DNA from: Paecilomyces variotii | Taxonomy: Eukaryota | Reading direction: 5' to 3' (one strand) | Assembly (NCBI GenBank): GCA_004022145.1 | Contig: RCNU01000004.1 | DNA length: 64,000 bases | Shown here: one piece after another, positions 1 through 12,138 of the stretch | How positions within the stretch are numbered: position 1 is the stretch's first letter | How the letters are laid out: the number at the start of each line of letters is the position of its first letter | The notes under the pieces: generated by a model | Told to the model about the DNA's origin: nothing | Database searches by the model: none | The model's input: only the letters and a program-made list of their open reading frames with translations | Made by a program: the position numbers and the translations under genes

Positions 1-450
1 TTTGGTTGTTTCTGTTGTTCCTCTGGCCTCAGTTTGAATTAGCTTACTATCTAGGTCTATATTGGTCTGGAAATCAGAAGTATTGGCTTCTTTTTATATT
101 TTTTATTGTTTTGAAAATGCTAGTTAGTAGTGATTTAACTGTAACCTGCCCTAGCGTCTCAGCTAGGTAATGTCTATATATGTACAGCCAAACAGCTCTT
201 CCTGCCGTGCTATGAATCATATAAACAGTCCTCGTGCTTTTTGGGAACCAGAACCCGAACAGGAAAAGAGAAAGAGAGATATGCTATATGGGTGAACAGA
301 CAGCGGGCCGTAGGAGAATGAACCGTGGTAGTAGCGGCGATCGTCTAAGAGGATGAGGGTAATGAAGAGAGCCTAGGCTAGGGTTGAAGGAGGAGGATAA
401 GATGAGATGTAGGGAAAAAAAGGATAGCATCAATAGATTGATGGATGACT

Positions 451-1515
451 CTACCAGCCACGCTTGGCAAGCTTGTCAGCCTCGCTCATCTGGGAGACGT
501 TAATGCCCACCATGGCCTCACCCAGACCCTCGCTGACACTGGCCAGCACCTTGGGGTCCTTGTAGTGAGTCACGGCCTGGACGATGGCCTTGGCGCGCTT
601 CTTCGCGTCACCAGACTTGAAGATACCGGAGCCGACAAAGACACCGTCGCAGCCCAGCTGCATCATGAGAGCGGCATCTGCGGGAGTGGCAACACCACCG
701 GCGGCAAAGTTGACGACGGGCAGACGGCCACGCTCAGCGGTCTCGCGGAGAAGCTCGTAGGAGACTCCCAGCTCGCGGGCATAGGCGCGCAGCTCGGGCT
801 CGGGGTCGGCAGAGGAGGTGAGGATGGCGCGGGCGCGGGCAATGTCCGCGTTGACCTGGCGGATGTGCTTGACAGCCTCGACGACATCACCAGTACCGGC
901 CTCACCCTTGGTGCGGATCATGGCAGCACCCTCAGAGATACGGCGGAGGGCCTCACCCAGGTTGCGGCAACCGCAGACGAAGGGAACCTTGAAGGTGGAC
1001 TTGGTGACGTGGTAGAGGTTATCAGCAGGCGTGAGGACTTCCGACTCGTCGATGTAGTCGACACCAATGGCCTCAAGGATCTAACGAGGGCACACCCGGT
1101 CAGTCTGAGGATGATTTCTGCGGTATCCGTATAGCCCGACTCACCTGGCACTCAACGAAGTGTCCGATACGAGCCTTGGCCATGACGGGGATGGTGACGG
1201 CGGCCATGATCTCCTTGATCATCGAGGGGTCCGACATACGGGCCACGCCTCCCTGGGCTCTGATATCGGCGGGGACTCTCTCGAGAGCCATGACGGCGGC
1301 AGCACCAGCCTCCTCAGCGATGCGGGCCTGTATAGGGAGAAAAGAGTCAGCCATCAGCCCAGATGACGTGAGTAAAGAGAAAAGGATTGGGATATACGAA
1401 CCTGCTCTGCGTTGACCACATCCATGATCACGCCTCCCTTCAACATCTGGGCAAGGCCAGCCTTGACGGTGAAGTCGTTGGTGCCATTGGTGGCGGAAGT
1501 CTGCGCAGAAGCCAT
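451..1515 (-). CDS. PDX1: Pyridoxal 5'-phosphate synthase subunit (PdxS/SNZ family); 3 exons: 1515-1402, 1327-1145, 1080-451
   Basis: Spliced translation [61 protein letters not shown]...[11 protein letters not shown]...[37 protein letters not shown]; two GT-AG introns join in frame. Ortholog of SNZ1/pyroA. Confidence 0.97.
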
Positions 1516-1608
1516 GATGGAAGTAGGAGATGGAATTCTGGATAGAGGAAGTCAAAGAAAAGAAAAAGAAAAAGGCGAAGGAAGAAAAAGCAGGAGCTGT
1601 ATGCGGCG

Positions 1609-1615
1609 TGAGTCA
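1609..1615. promoter_or_regulatory. Perfect Gcn4/CpcA (AP-1) site TGAGTCA about 95 bp upstream of the PDX1 ATG; CCAAT box near 1754
   Basis: Exact motif match upstream of the start codon; SNZ1 is a known Gcn4 target in yeast. Function here is inferred. Confidence 0.4.
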
Positions 1616-2556
1616 CGGGAGGATGAAGTCTCGATAAGATGGCTTTTCCTAGTTCTATAACTAACTATTCTTCTTCCTTTCCCCTCCCCCGCGGAAAAAA
1701 AAAAGTAGGGCGTTGCGCCTCCCGGCGATCGGAGGCTGTATTTTCTGTGCCAGCCAATCACAGACTGCCGGTCTGACCCAAAGAGCACATCCCCTTCAGG
1801 AGACCCGCCGTTTGCAATTGAATATTACTGGATGTGGCAATCACGGCCGTATTTTTCACGGACAGCCGTTGATGGAGTCGTTTGGGTAAAAACACGCAAT
1901 TACTTGTTTAGGAACCCAAGTTTTGCCCGGCAAGTCGACAGCGTCAAATGGAAGAAACTAAAGGATGGCACAATCCAAAAGGTGACACAGCCCTCTGAGC
2001 AATCTGAATTCGAATGCTGATAAAACCTGCCTCATTTAATTCGTCAAGTCTTCTCGAGAACTAACCAACTAGTTACTGTACCATAGTTAATAAGTTAACT
2101 GATAACTGATTAACTCTGATTAACTCGAGACGGGCAACTCTTCCAATGGCCGCCGGCGACTCCCACGGGTTCCGAACGCCGGCTGTCAAACACCGAGCAG
2201 AAGTAGTAGATAATTGCATATTGTTAACTATCTATCTAATCATAGATATGCTCCTTTCTAGTTATCTCATTCAGCGGATATCTAATGAGCATATATCTAG
2301 ATCGACAACGATCTCATCAACTTTCCCAGTCTCAGGATCAACACACCGTAGATTCATCTCCATCCCAATGGTATTTTCAAAAGCCTCCATCAGCCATGGG
2401 TATTCCACATGAAGCACACAAAATAAACCCCTTTTTTCTTTGGCCATCTATGGTATTAATTATTATTTTCTAGCCTGTGTCTCCCCGCGGAGAACAAGTC
2501 GCGGCCAACTGACCGCCCGCTGACGTCACGGCGGCATGAAGCAAAACAACATCCCT

Positions 2557-2582
2557 TGATCTGATCTGATCTGATCTGATCT
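2557..2582. repeat. (TGATC)n pentanucleotide microsatellite
   Basis: tgatctgatctgatctgatctgatct read directly. Confidence 0.85.
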
Positions 2583-2732
2583 ATAGAAGTACCATAATTA
2601 CCAATATCCAACATAATACCCCAATATACAATTGAATAGGAATCCTCTCTCTCCCTTTTCCATCGAGTATCCAATTCCTCTCCAAGAACTCCTATCGTCA
2701 ACGACTGTCCCCAGCAAAACATACCATCCACC

Positions 2733-3403
2733 ATGACGACCTTCCTCTCCCCTCTCTTCCACCGATCACTCTTCTACGCCTCAATCCCCGTAGGCGTTGG
2801 CCTCTCCCTACTCCATCCGTCCTCTCCTTTCTGCGCCGCCCCGATTCAATGCCAATACGTCGCGCCCTATCGCAGCCCTCATGCCTCCCCGGACTCCGGC
2901 TGGGCCCTTGATCCCAACACCGACCCATTGCTCCAGAAGCAAGGCAAGACGGGGCCGCGCAACAGTAATGGCTGGTTGAACGCGTCGACGCTACGACAGC
3001 TCAGTCTGGGTAGTGTGCTGGGCGTGTTGGCCGGGTTGGGATTGAGGATCTTTTCCAAGGCGTTGGTTGTGCTGTTGGGTGTGGGTGTAGTCGTTGTGGA
3101 GGTGAGTTAAGTGACACGAGTCGAGTTTTTGGTCGATTAGCAAGCCATTATTGGCTTGAATGACTTTAGTCGTCGATATGGAATGAAAAGTGAAGATCTG
3201 TGACTGGACTGGACTGACTGACTGATTAATGCGCTGCGATGCACCAGTGGGCCGCTTCCAAAGGATACAATCTGATCCCTGTCCATCGACTCCAGAAGTA
3301 TGTCAAGGGCGTCGATCTCGAACGTGCTGTCCACCAGAATGTCGCGTTCAAGATCAGTTTTGGTGCCACCATGGCTTTGGCTGCTTTTTCAAAGCTGCAG
3401 TGA
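2733..3403 (+). CDS. FUN14-family mitochondrial outer membrane protein; exons 2733-3101, 3248-3403
   Basis: RQLSLGSVLGVLAGLGLRIFSKALVVLLGVGVVVVE spliced to WAASKGYNLIP...NVAFKISFGATMALAAF; GTGAGT donor and CAG acceptor in frame; pattern typical of FUN14 proteins. Confidence 0.8.
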
Positions 3404-3647
3404 AAGTGCTAGTGCTGTATTCTGTTTTGCTGTTGGTGGAAGAGAAAGAGGACCATGATCGGATCTATATGTGGAGTTTGTACTGTACAGAACCAAATAA
3501 ATGAATGAGGGGAGGGGCATGGAGTCGAAAGGAAGCATTTTGATATAGATTTTTCTTTCTTTTCTTTGTTTCTTTCTTTGGGACGCGCAATCCATCAATT
3601 CTATATCTATAGCTTTCGTACAGGGGTATCTTATATGCAATCCGGAA

Positions 3648-5333
3648 TTAACCCAACACCAGATCTTCCAGCACACCTTCCATCTCCTCCCGCGAGAGTG
3701 GCACGCCCAAGATCTCCGTACCACTCCCGTCCATTCGCGAGGTGATCATCTGGTGATCATGGAACTCTTTCAGCAGCGTCCGGAACATCATCTCGGACGA
3801 AGCGATGAACTCCTCCGCTGCTTTCTGATATAGCGTCCGGAATTCAATCCCTATTTCCTCGCCGGGAGCGCCGCCTCTTGCTCGTGCTTCACCGCCGTCG
3901 TCTTCTTCGTCCGACACGGCTCCATCGCCCATCGTCGACAAAAGCTCCGTCAGCAGTACGCGGTAGAGGTTCCGCGCGTTCTCGGGCAAACTCTTCAACA
4001 CGAAGCCTACACCTTCTTTGCCGCCGATACGGCGGCCCTTGCGACCCAGAAGACTGTGCACTTCGTCTACCACATTAATTTCTGCCTCATACGGCGTAAA
4101 GGTCGTGCAATCGTGGAAGACAAAGTTGAATTGGTCCCGAACACCAATGTCCCACATAAGGGCAAAGTTCATTGTATCGGCCGTCGCTAGCAGATGGACC
4201 GACGGTATAGCTGCCAGCCGCGCCAAGAGTGCCTGGCTTGCCCCCCGTCTAAGGGGAGGCGCGTCAATCGAATTAATCAGGACAGCGATGGGCGCGTCTC
4301 GTGGCCGAGACTGGAGTGCAGATTGTAGCAGATCCAACACTTCAGCAGGCTGAGAACCCAGTTTAGACGGAGTGTCGGCACCCATCACCGCCCCAACGAT
4401 AGTCGCGAAGATCGTCCGTACGGATATACCGCTGGTGTACCCATTAACGACCACAATGGTGGGAGGTGATGGATATCGATTATAAAGCCAATCCGCAAAC
4501 TGCTGGACCAGGCCGCGTTTGGAGCCATAGCCGTAAAGACAGATGTTGAAGCCTTCACTCAGCTCAAAGTTCCACTGAGGAAACGAGCGACGATGTACGG
4601 CTACCAGAAACTCCTTTTCTTCCTTGTGAGGGTCTTCATACTGTGCGAGTTTCTCGAAATACTCTTCGTGCGTCAGCAACGACACCTTCGAGAGGTTATT
4701 ATTCGACGTCCGTGGAGGACCAGCGCGGTTTTGGAAGAAATATCGCTCATGCGGTGGCAGCTCTCCCTCAGGAGTCGGGGATCGCTTATTCTTCGCGCCT
4801 TTCGGCCGTCCTCTTCCACGTTTTGGTGTCTCTGTAGGTTTCTGGGCTTGCTTTGCATCATCATCACCTCCCTTTTCCACAGTCTCGACTACATCTCCGT
4901 TCTGACCACCGTTGGCAAGCTCATCGCTCTCGTCTTCCAGGATCTCCTCCGCCAGTCGATCAGCGCCATCCCAGATGTCATCGTCGTCCTGCTCGAACAG
5001 GACACGCGCACTTTTCCGCTTGGCTGATCGGTCAGCGTTCCTCGCTCGGGTCGGTGTAGCAACTTGCGTGCCTTTTGTAGGTGTGGAGAAGAGCGATTTG
5101 GCCTTGGACTTGTGGGTAGGAGTCTTTAGACCTGAAGGAGTGAGGCCGTTCGTAGTTTTTGATTTCTGCACCGACATCCGCACCCGTTTCGAGGGCGTCG
5201 CGTCCAGCTCGTCGTCCGCGAGAGCCTGATTTTCATCCGCATAGCCATTGGTTGCTGCCGTCTTCTGTCGTTTAGGTGTCGAGACGACGGGCTGCTCATC
5301 GTCAAGACTATCGTCCGCTGCTTTGCGCTTCAT
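3648..5333 (-). CDS. ORC2: Origin recognition complex subunit 2
   Basis: Single ORF, first ATG MKRKAADD at 5333; ORC2 motifs FPQWNFELSEGFNICLYGYGSKR, FVFHDCTTFTPY, VLKSLPENARNLY, LLKEFHDHQMI; AT-hook PKRGRGRPKG. Confidence 0.95.
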   Translation of the reverse strand: MKRKAADDSLDDEQPVVSTPKRQKTAATNGYADENQALADDELDATPSKRVRMSVQKSKTTNGLTPSGLKTPTHKSKAKSLFSTPTKGTQVATPTRARNADRSAKRKSARVLFEQDDDDIWDGADRLAEEILEDESDELANGGQNGDVVETVEKGGDDDAKQAQKPTETPKRGRGRPKGAKNKRSPTPEGELPPHERYFFQNRAGPPRTSNNNLSKVSLLTHEEYFEKLAQYEDPHKEEKEFLVAVHRRSFPQWNFELSEGFNICLYGYGSKRGLVQQFADWLYNRYPSPPTIVVVNGYTSGISVRTIFATIVGAVMGADTPSKLGSQPAEVLDLLQSALQSRPRDAPIAVLINSIDAPPLRRGASQALLARLAAIPSVHLLATADTMNFALMWDIGVRDQFNFVFHDCTTFTPYEAEINVVDEVHSLLGRKGRRIGGKEGVGFVLKSLPENARNLYRVLLTELLSTMGDGAVSDEEDDGGEARARGGAPGEEIGIEFRTLYQKAAEEFIASSEMMFRTLLKEFHDHQMITSRMDGSGTEILGVPLSREEMEGVLEDLVLG

Positions 5334-5913
5334 CTCCGTGTAAGATTGTGCTGGCAACTCTGCACAGGAGCAGGAACACGTACCATAATAATATATTATC
5401 CGACCGACGGGAGAAGCCCGAGCTAGACAGACCAACTGAATAATGTCAAATGCAAGGAGGCGTCCAGCAGGTCAAACTGCCTTGGGGACGATCTCGCGTC
5501 TTCCGGCGCGTTTTTCCGGCCCCGCGATATCGGCGATCCCTCCGCTCTGGGGAAAAAAAGTGCCATAAGATAGCTTCGTGGATACCGCCGTCTACTTGCT
5601 TCTTCTGGTCTTGTGGACGACTCATGGCTAGTCTCTCCTTGACAATCTCTTGCTGACCGGGAATCTCGCAGCAGGAAGGGCGAAACGTTGGCACAATTGA
5701 CTGACTGGCGGAGAGAGACAGAGAGCTAAGATCTCCGGCTTCCGTCCGATTGTGAATCATAGCTATATCTTTCCATTGATTTCCCGAGCTTAGCTTGAGC
5801 CTGCAGACCAATTGGTACGTGCAGTATCCAGATTTCGTTTTCTATTTTCTTATTCTCACAGACTTCATCTCAGTCCCTACCCCAGCTTCCTGCCATTGGC
5901 TCTTACCACGCCC

Positions 5914-7390
5914 ATGGTGAAGACAACAAGCTCGACGGCCACAATGGCCGTCTTTGCCCGCATGGCAAAGGGCCAGGTCCGCTATTACTCTGCTCCATTG
6001 GACATGGTGATCCCCGAATCGAAGAAGAAGTATATTCCTACTTCAGGCACCTATCCCAAGGGCTTCTCCGTCTCCGGAACGTACGTCGGCGTGAAGGCCT
6101 CGAATACCAAGTTTCCGGACCTTGCCCTCATCGCCTCGGACACACCTTGCTCTGCTGCCGCTGTGTTTACTACAAATAAGTTCCAGGCTGCTCCGGTCCA
6201 GGTCAGCAAGGAGGTTCTGGAGAAGCGCCAGGGTCAGGGCATTCGATCTGTCGTTATCAATTCTGGCTGTGCCAATGCGGTCACCGGTAGAGGAGGTTAT
6301 GAAGACGCTGTCAGCATGGGAGCCACGGTTGACAAATGCTATGGTCTCAATGAGCCAAGTACTTTGGTCATGAGCACCGGTGTTATTGGTCAGAGGTATG
6401 TAAAACTTCTTCTTGGGTGTGAAAGAAAGAAAGAGTCATCTCGCTAAACAGAAAAACCTCATTATATATAGACTTCCCATTGACAAGATCCTCAACAAGA
6501 TCCCAACCGCGCACTCCAATCTGTCCTCGACTCACGATGCCTGGCTCAGCACTGCCCGCGCCATCTGCACCACCGATACCTTCCCCAAGCTCCTCTCCCG
6601 AACGTTCACTCTGCCGTCCTCCCCCGGTCGAACCTACAGTCTGGCCGGCATGACCAAGGGTGCCGGTATGATCCACCCGAACATGGCTACTCTGCTAGGC
6701 GTCCTCTGCACCGACGCCCCCATCGTCCCTTCCGCGCTGAAGTCCCTCCTCTCGCACGCCGTCTCCCGATCCTTCAACTCGATCTCCGTCGACGGCGACA
6801 CCAGCACCAACGACACCGTCGCCCTCCTCGCCAACGGCCGCGGCGGCGGCGCTCCCATCAACTCCACCTCCTCAGACGACTACGCCGCCATGCAGGAGAT
6901 CCTGACCTCGTTCGCGCAGTCTCTCTCCCAGCTCGTCGTCCGTGACGGCGAAGGCGCCACAAAGTTCGTCACCGTCCGCATCCAGAACTCTCCCGACTAT
7001 GAATCCGCTCGGATCATCGCATCCACCATCGCCCGGTCCCCACTCGTCAAAACGGCCCTCTACGGCCGCGATGCTAACTGGGGCCGTATTCTATGTGCGA
7101 TTGGATACGCGCAGGGCGTTGCCCCCGGTACTGTTATCCCGGAGCGCACCAGTGTTAGTTTCAAGCCCGTTGACGGAAGTCCGATCCTGAAGCTGCTTGT
7201 GAATGGAGAGCCTGAGACCGTGGACGAGGCGCGCGCCAGTGCTATTTTGCAGGCGGAGGATCTGGAGATTGTTGTTGACCTGGGTGGTGGTGAGAAGGGT
7301 GATCAGGGCCGAGGTGGTGAGGAGGCGGTTTACTGGTTCTGCGATTTTAGTCATGAGTATGTGACTATCAATGGCGATTACAGAACTTAA
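5914..7390 (+). CDS. ARG7: Bifunctional ornithine acetyltransferase / N-acetylglutamate synthase (ArgJ family), mitochondrial precursor; intron 6396-6471
   Basis: [38 protein letters not shown], autocleavage motif [45 protein letters not shown]. Start could be ATG 5914 or 5944. Confidence 0.96.
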
Positions 7391-7863
7391 AATGTTACGT
7401 TGGAGAGAATAGAAAGGCAGCCTGTTTTATACCCGCGCCTGAAATCGTTTGTGGATATTACTACTAGAAAGAATATAAATAAAGGTTTCTTTTTTTTGCT
7501 ACGCATGACAGTTATATGTATAATTCATGGCACCTAACAATTTTCTCAAATTGATCTTTTTCCTCCTCCCGTTAATGTTACAACCAGATGGTGCTATATA
7601 CAGCTGTGGCTCGACCTGACAGAGGGCCCATTCTAGATCGAGTCTCAGATGTAGCTCATAACATCGGACTCGATGCCGAATCCCCTTCCCCCAAATCAGC
7701 CGTCGTGTTGTTCAGGGTTACACGCTCAAGATTTCAGATATTGTCGTAGCCACAATTGCAGTTGCAGTACACCAACCTGCTAAGTCTAAAGAGACAGAAT
7801 TACGGAAAAAAAAGTATCCCCAGCCTTCCCTCATGCTCTTCATAAAAGATTTCCCTGTTGAGC

Positions 7864-9559
7864 TCAGTTTCCAGGGACAAGGCCCTTGAGGCCTGAGCCG
7901 AAGTCGCCTTCTCGGGCAGCAATCTCGAAGTATCCGTAGATAATCCTATATTTCAATTAATTAGTAATCTATTTCAAAGTGTGTCGTCCAAGATGAACTT
8001 ACGTCACTGCCAGAAGAATTCCAGTTCCACTACCCAAAGCACCGAGGAGGTCAGAGGCAACAGACAGAGCACCAATGCAAGCACCACCGAAAGCAGCAGC
8101 AGTAGGGATAACCCTCTTGAGCTCCTTGTACATGCTCTGCTCACGGTGACCAGCCATCACAAGTCCCTGGTCCTTAAGCTGCTTGGCAACATCCCGAGGG
8201 GCAGCTCCGGACACCTCGATCCAGGTCTTGGAGAACAGAGCACAGGCAACCAGCATGAATACGATGTATACGGCGGTGTGGATCGGGTCGACGAGAGCCT
8301 CCTTGAAGTTCAGAGGAGGAGACATGTAGTATGCAATACCAGACGCGGCATACAGCTGGGCGGAGCCCTCACGAGGTTCCCAGACACCGAGAAGTCTGAC
8401 AAGGAGGTTGTCCGAGAAGCGAGAGTACAGCATCTGACTGACAAGGAAGATATTGGAGCACAGAGCGGACTGAAGCATGATAGGCATGTTCGAAGTGTAG
8501 AAGAGACGGACGGGGTAAGATCCGCGCATGCCACGCTGGCGCGAAGACTTGACGGGGATCTCAACACGGAAACCCTGCAGGTAGATGACGGTGGCGAAGA
8601 CTAGCAGGGTAGCCAGGAGGTTCATGATGTTGGGGAGGTTCTGGCGGTAGAAAGCCTCCTGCAGAGCGCGCTGCTTGTCGGGCCAGGTCAACAGCAGGTG
8701 GATGAGGGCAATCACAGCTCCCTCGAACTCGGGGCCACGGCCAGTGTTGATAGTGGTAGGAGAGAAGGCCTTCCAGATGATCGATTCGCAGATGTTGGTC
8801 GCAATGAAAAGGGAGATACCGCTTCCAAGACCGTAGCCCTTCTGAAGCAGCTCATCGAGCAGGATGACAACAAGACCAGCAACAACCAGCTGCACGATCA
8901 GGAGCACGCAGACACCAGCACCGAGGTCGCTGGGCTGACCATAGAGACCCGTAAGGACGTAGACACAAGCCTGGCCAAAGGAGAGGATGATGGCAAACAG
9001 CTTCTGAGCGGTCTGGTACAGCTCGCGGTCGGTCTTCAGGTCAAGGTTGACATCGATGAGGTGGGTTCCAGCAAGGAGCTAGCATTGAAGTCAGCACGAA
9101 TTACCCACGCAGTTGGCTCAATGGGCGGGTTGTACCTGGAAGACCATGCCGGAGGAGATGATGGGAGTGATACCCAGCTCCATCAGCGTTCCTCGATTAC
9201 TGGCCAGCATCATACGGAGCCAGTACAGCGGATCCGAGGTGTCAGAAGACACGATACCGTACAGAGGCATCTGGCTCATCACCAAGAAGATCAACAAAGT
9301 CAACTGCACATCGAATGTCAGATTTCAAAGCTGTTCCCAGTATCCATGCGCTGGCGAGAAAGAGACGTACTCCCGTCCACATCAACTTCTGGTTGAAGGG
9401 AACCTTCGTTTCCGGTGAAGCCACCTCCGGGAGGAGGGGCGTGAAGGGTTTAATTAGATCGAGGAAGCGTACTGTGAATCAGTTAGCATTTGGAGTCATT
9501 GAGGACTTTTATGGTCTCAGCTACGCGATCGCGTGCAAGGTGTACTCACGTCCGCTCAT
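7864..9559 (-). CDS. SEC61: Protein transport protein Sec61 alpha subunit (multi-exon)
   Basis: [119 protein letters not shown]; canonical introns. Confidence 0.98.
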
Positions 9560-10788
9560 CGTGACAGTCCGCTTCCCGGTGAATCCAATGAGAGAAAGGG
9601 AAACAAAGCGGGAACCAGAGACCAGCCGGAGGAGCGAGGATTAAAAAAACAAAAAAAAGTATAGAAAAGGGGAGCGAAGGGAAGAGGGAGAAGGCCGTCT
9701 GGGGAAGAACAGGGAGAGTCGGAGGTTGAGAAGGAAGTGTGCTTGCTGTCCACTTCGCCGGCGTCGCGCTAACTCCTTTTGAGGACACCCTGGCTCATTG
9801 GAACCTGGGAACCTCGGCCAGCATTATTAGTATATTAACATTCCCAGCTCATCATACAGAAAACACAACGCTCGATATAATTTGAAAATTATCGTGGGAT
9901 GTCTTCAGGTCTACCATTCTCTACCTCTTGGACCTGGCCGGCAATCGAGGCGGATAGCATCTTTTCTCCAAGGCGACCATTGATGGTTGTGAGACCAGTG
10001 ACGAATGTAAGGACAACAGAAGAACCGCAGGGAGAGATAGGTAGCTACCTAACCTAAGTGGCAGAGAGATAATTTTCAAACAGTAAACGCCATCACTCCT
10101 TAAGCTTACGGAAAGAAGAAAAGATAGATGGGAAGAGAGACCAATGATGGAAGAGCAGCCATCAGCGAGAAAGATCAAGCGGTGAACATCATCTAATAAG
10201 AACCCCAAAGTCGGACATGCACACACATTTTATAGTATGTGGATTCATACAGAATCAATCAGAGAAGCAGTACAGTCTAGGAGATGACTATCTAAGCTGA
10301 AGAAGTCGTAACTGCGTGTTGGAACAGAGATGCCGACGCTATATAAAGATGATTCTTAGATCTTTTATGTTTACAGCTCGAGTTTTGGAGCGATTCTACG
10401 CATAATGGCGGATGGAACTCCTTGTTCCCTCACCTTGTCAGGAGTTTGAATACTGAATGGACCAGTCTATATGTTGTATAATAAGAACGAGGTTACAGTC
10501 TTGTCCCGATAGCAGTTGTGACTTGCCATCGCTGTCATAAGTACTGCGCATAAGGAGCTACAGGAGCTACATACCTCAGTCACGCACATCGCACAGGATT
10601 TCTTCAAACAATCCTAGCAAATATTACAGGGTTGGTTGTAGAAAGGAGCATAGTTCGGAAGAGTTAAGAAACAAGTCATGACTTGTTTCCCTGGATATGA
10701 CGGATGTTGACCACGGATAATCACCCGCACGGGCTGGATAGCAAGACATTCTATCTAATGTTATTTAAAATAAACCGCCTGAATCAAA

Positions 10789-11761
10789 TCACATACGAAA
10801 TAGCGGTTTTTCATTCCGTTTCGCCCGCCACCGATTCGTAGAATAAGCCAAATCATAACAACTCCTAAGAACCCAGCCCCAAGAGCGAGCAAAAGACTCC
10901 GTCACCTCCCACCCGGCCGGATCCCAAGGATCACCCCAAACAATGATGCCTGATCGCGTGCTTCCATTTCCCTTCATATCCAGACAAAGTTGTATCTCTT
11001 CCTCGAATTCTCCAGCAAGGATCAGATTATCTCTCATTTGGGGAACAGGGAGTAGGTCCGACCAGGGGTGATGGGGGATAGAGCGCTGGATTGCAGTCGG
11101 TTGGAGACTTGTTGGAAGGGTAGAGAGAGAGTCATCTTGCCATGGACCAGCAGTGTTGAAAGGTGAGATGGCATCGTCATGGAGCTGATCGGAGTTCAGG
11201 CCGAGGATTCTTCGATTTTCAATCAGGGCTCTGGTGAAATTGAGTTGAATCAGGTTCAGTAGGAGATCGGTTCGCAGGGAGCCCATCGTGTAGTATTGAA
11301 GAGCCATTCTTTCTAATCTGGCCATTCTTCTTGTTGCTGGCGGGGAATCAGATTCCAGTATGCATACATCCTTGATCTCCTCGAGAGGGGCGGGGTCAGT
11401 AATGGTATTAGGTGTTGTTTGGTCGTTATTTGCAGGAGCAATCGCAAGTGTGGTTGACTCATGCTGTTCATTGGAAGGAGAATCGTGGCACTCTTTATTT
11501 TTTCTGTCCCTCGAATGGGCTTGCGGTTTTGTATTTTGTAGACCTATTTGTATATATAGACGGTCAGGACGATACTCGCTAATTGGTATTGGTAGGCGAC
11601 CTACGTCGAGCCCTCTGGTTTATGCGATTTTGAAGCCTGCGGCGTGTTTTGGGATCGGTAATACCCGACCAATCTTCGTCTGACCATGCAGTGCGGCGCT
11701 GCGAGGACAATAGTCTTAAAGCGATCCGTCGTTCAGATGGGCGCTCTACGAATCGATCCAT
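10789..11761 (-). CDS. bZIP (YAP-like basic region) + DUF3425 domain putative transcription factor; one intron about 11603-11543
   Basis: Exon 1 EDWSGITDPKTRRRLQNRINQRAR splices in frame to an exon containing LPTSLQPTAIQRSIPHHPWSDLLPVPQMRDNLI and GIIVWGDPWDPAGWEVTESFARSWGW...STNRWRAKRNEKPL, the hallmark DUF3425 motifs. Confidence 0.85.
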
Positions 11762-12138
11762 ATTTGTGATGCCGTTCTTCCAACGCAGCACCGTATGTGA
11801 CTTGATGACAGGAAGATGGGGGCGTAGTTGTTAGTATCGGGTCTCTTACCTGCACATCTGAGATATTTATTATTATCAACCCTTGACCTACTCTCGTACT
11901 ACTGCTGTATGTCATCCGCTTGCATCACACTAACCAGGGATCTAAAGCCGTAGGAAAGGCCCTGACCAATAATGAGAAGGAGGCTTCGACAGTAGCGTAA
12001 AAAGAAGTTCCCTAATTTATCGCCTCGATAATATTCAATCTAGTCATGCTACAGGAGAAGTTCGACAAGGTCGTTTCCATTTCAAAATACTCGCGATAGA
12101 GGCCTCAAGCTACAACCCCAGATGTAAGTATGCAAAAC

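Noticed and set aside
445..1134. 229-aa plus-strand ORF opposite PDX1 (also the long antisense ORFs over SEC61 at 7981-8604 and 8698-9396)
   Set aside because: Shadow ORFs produced by strong codon bias in highly expressed genes on the other strand; no recognisable motifs.
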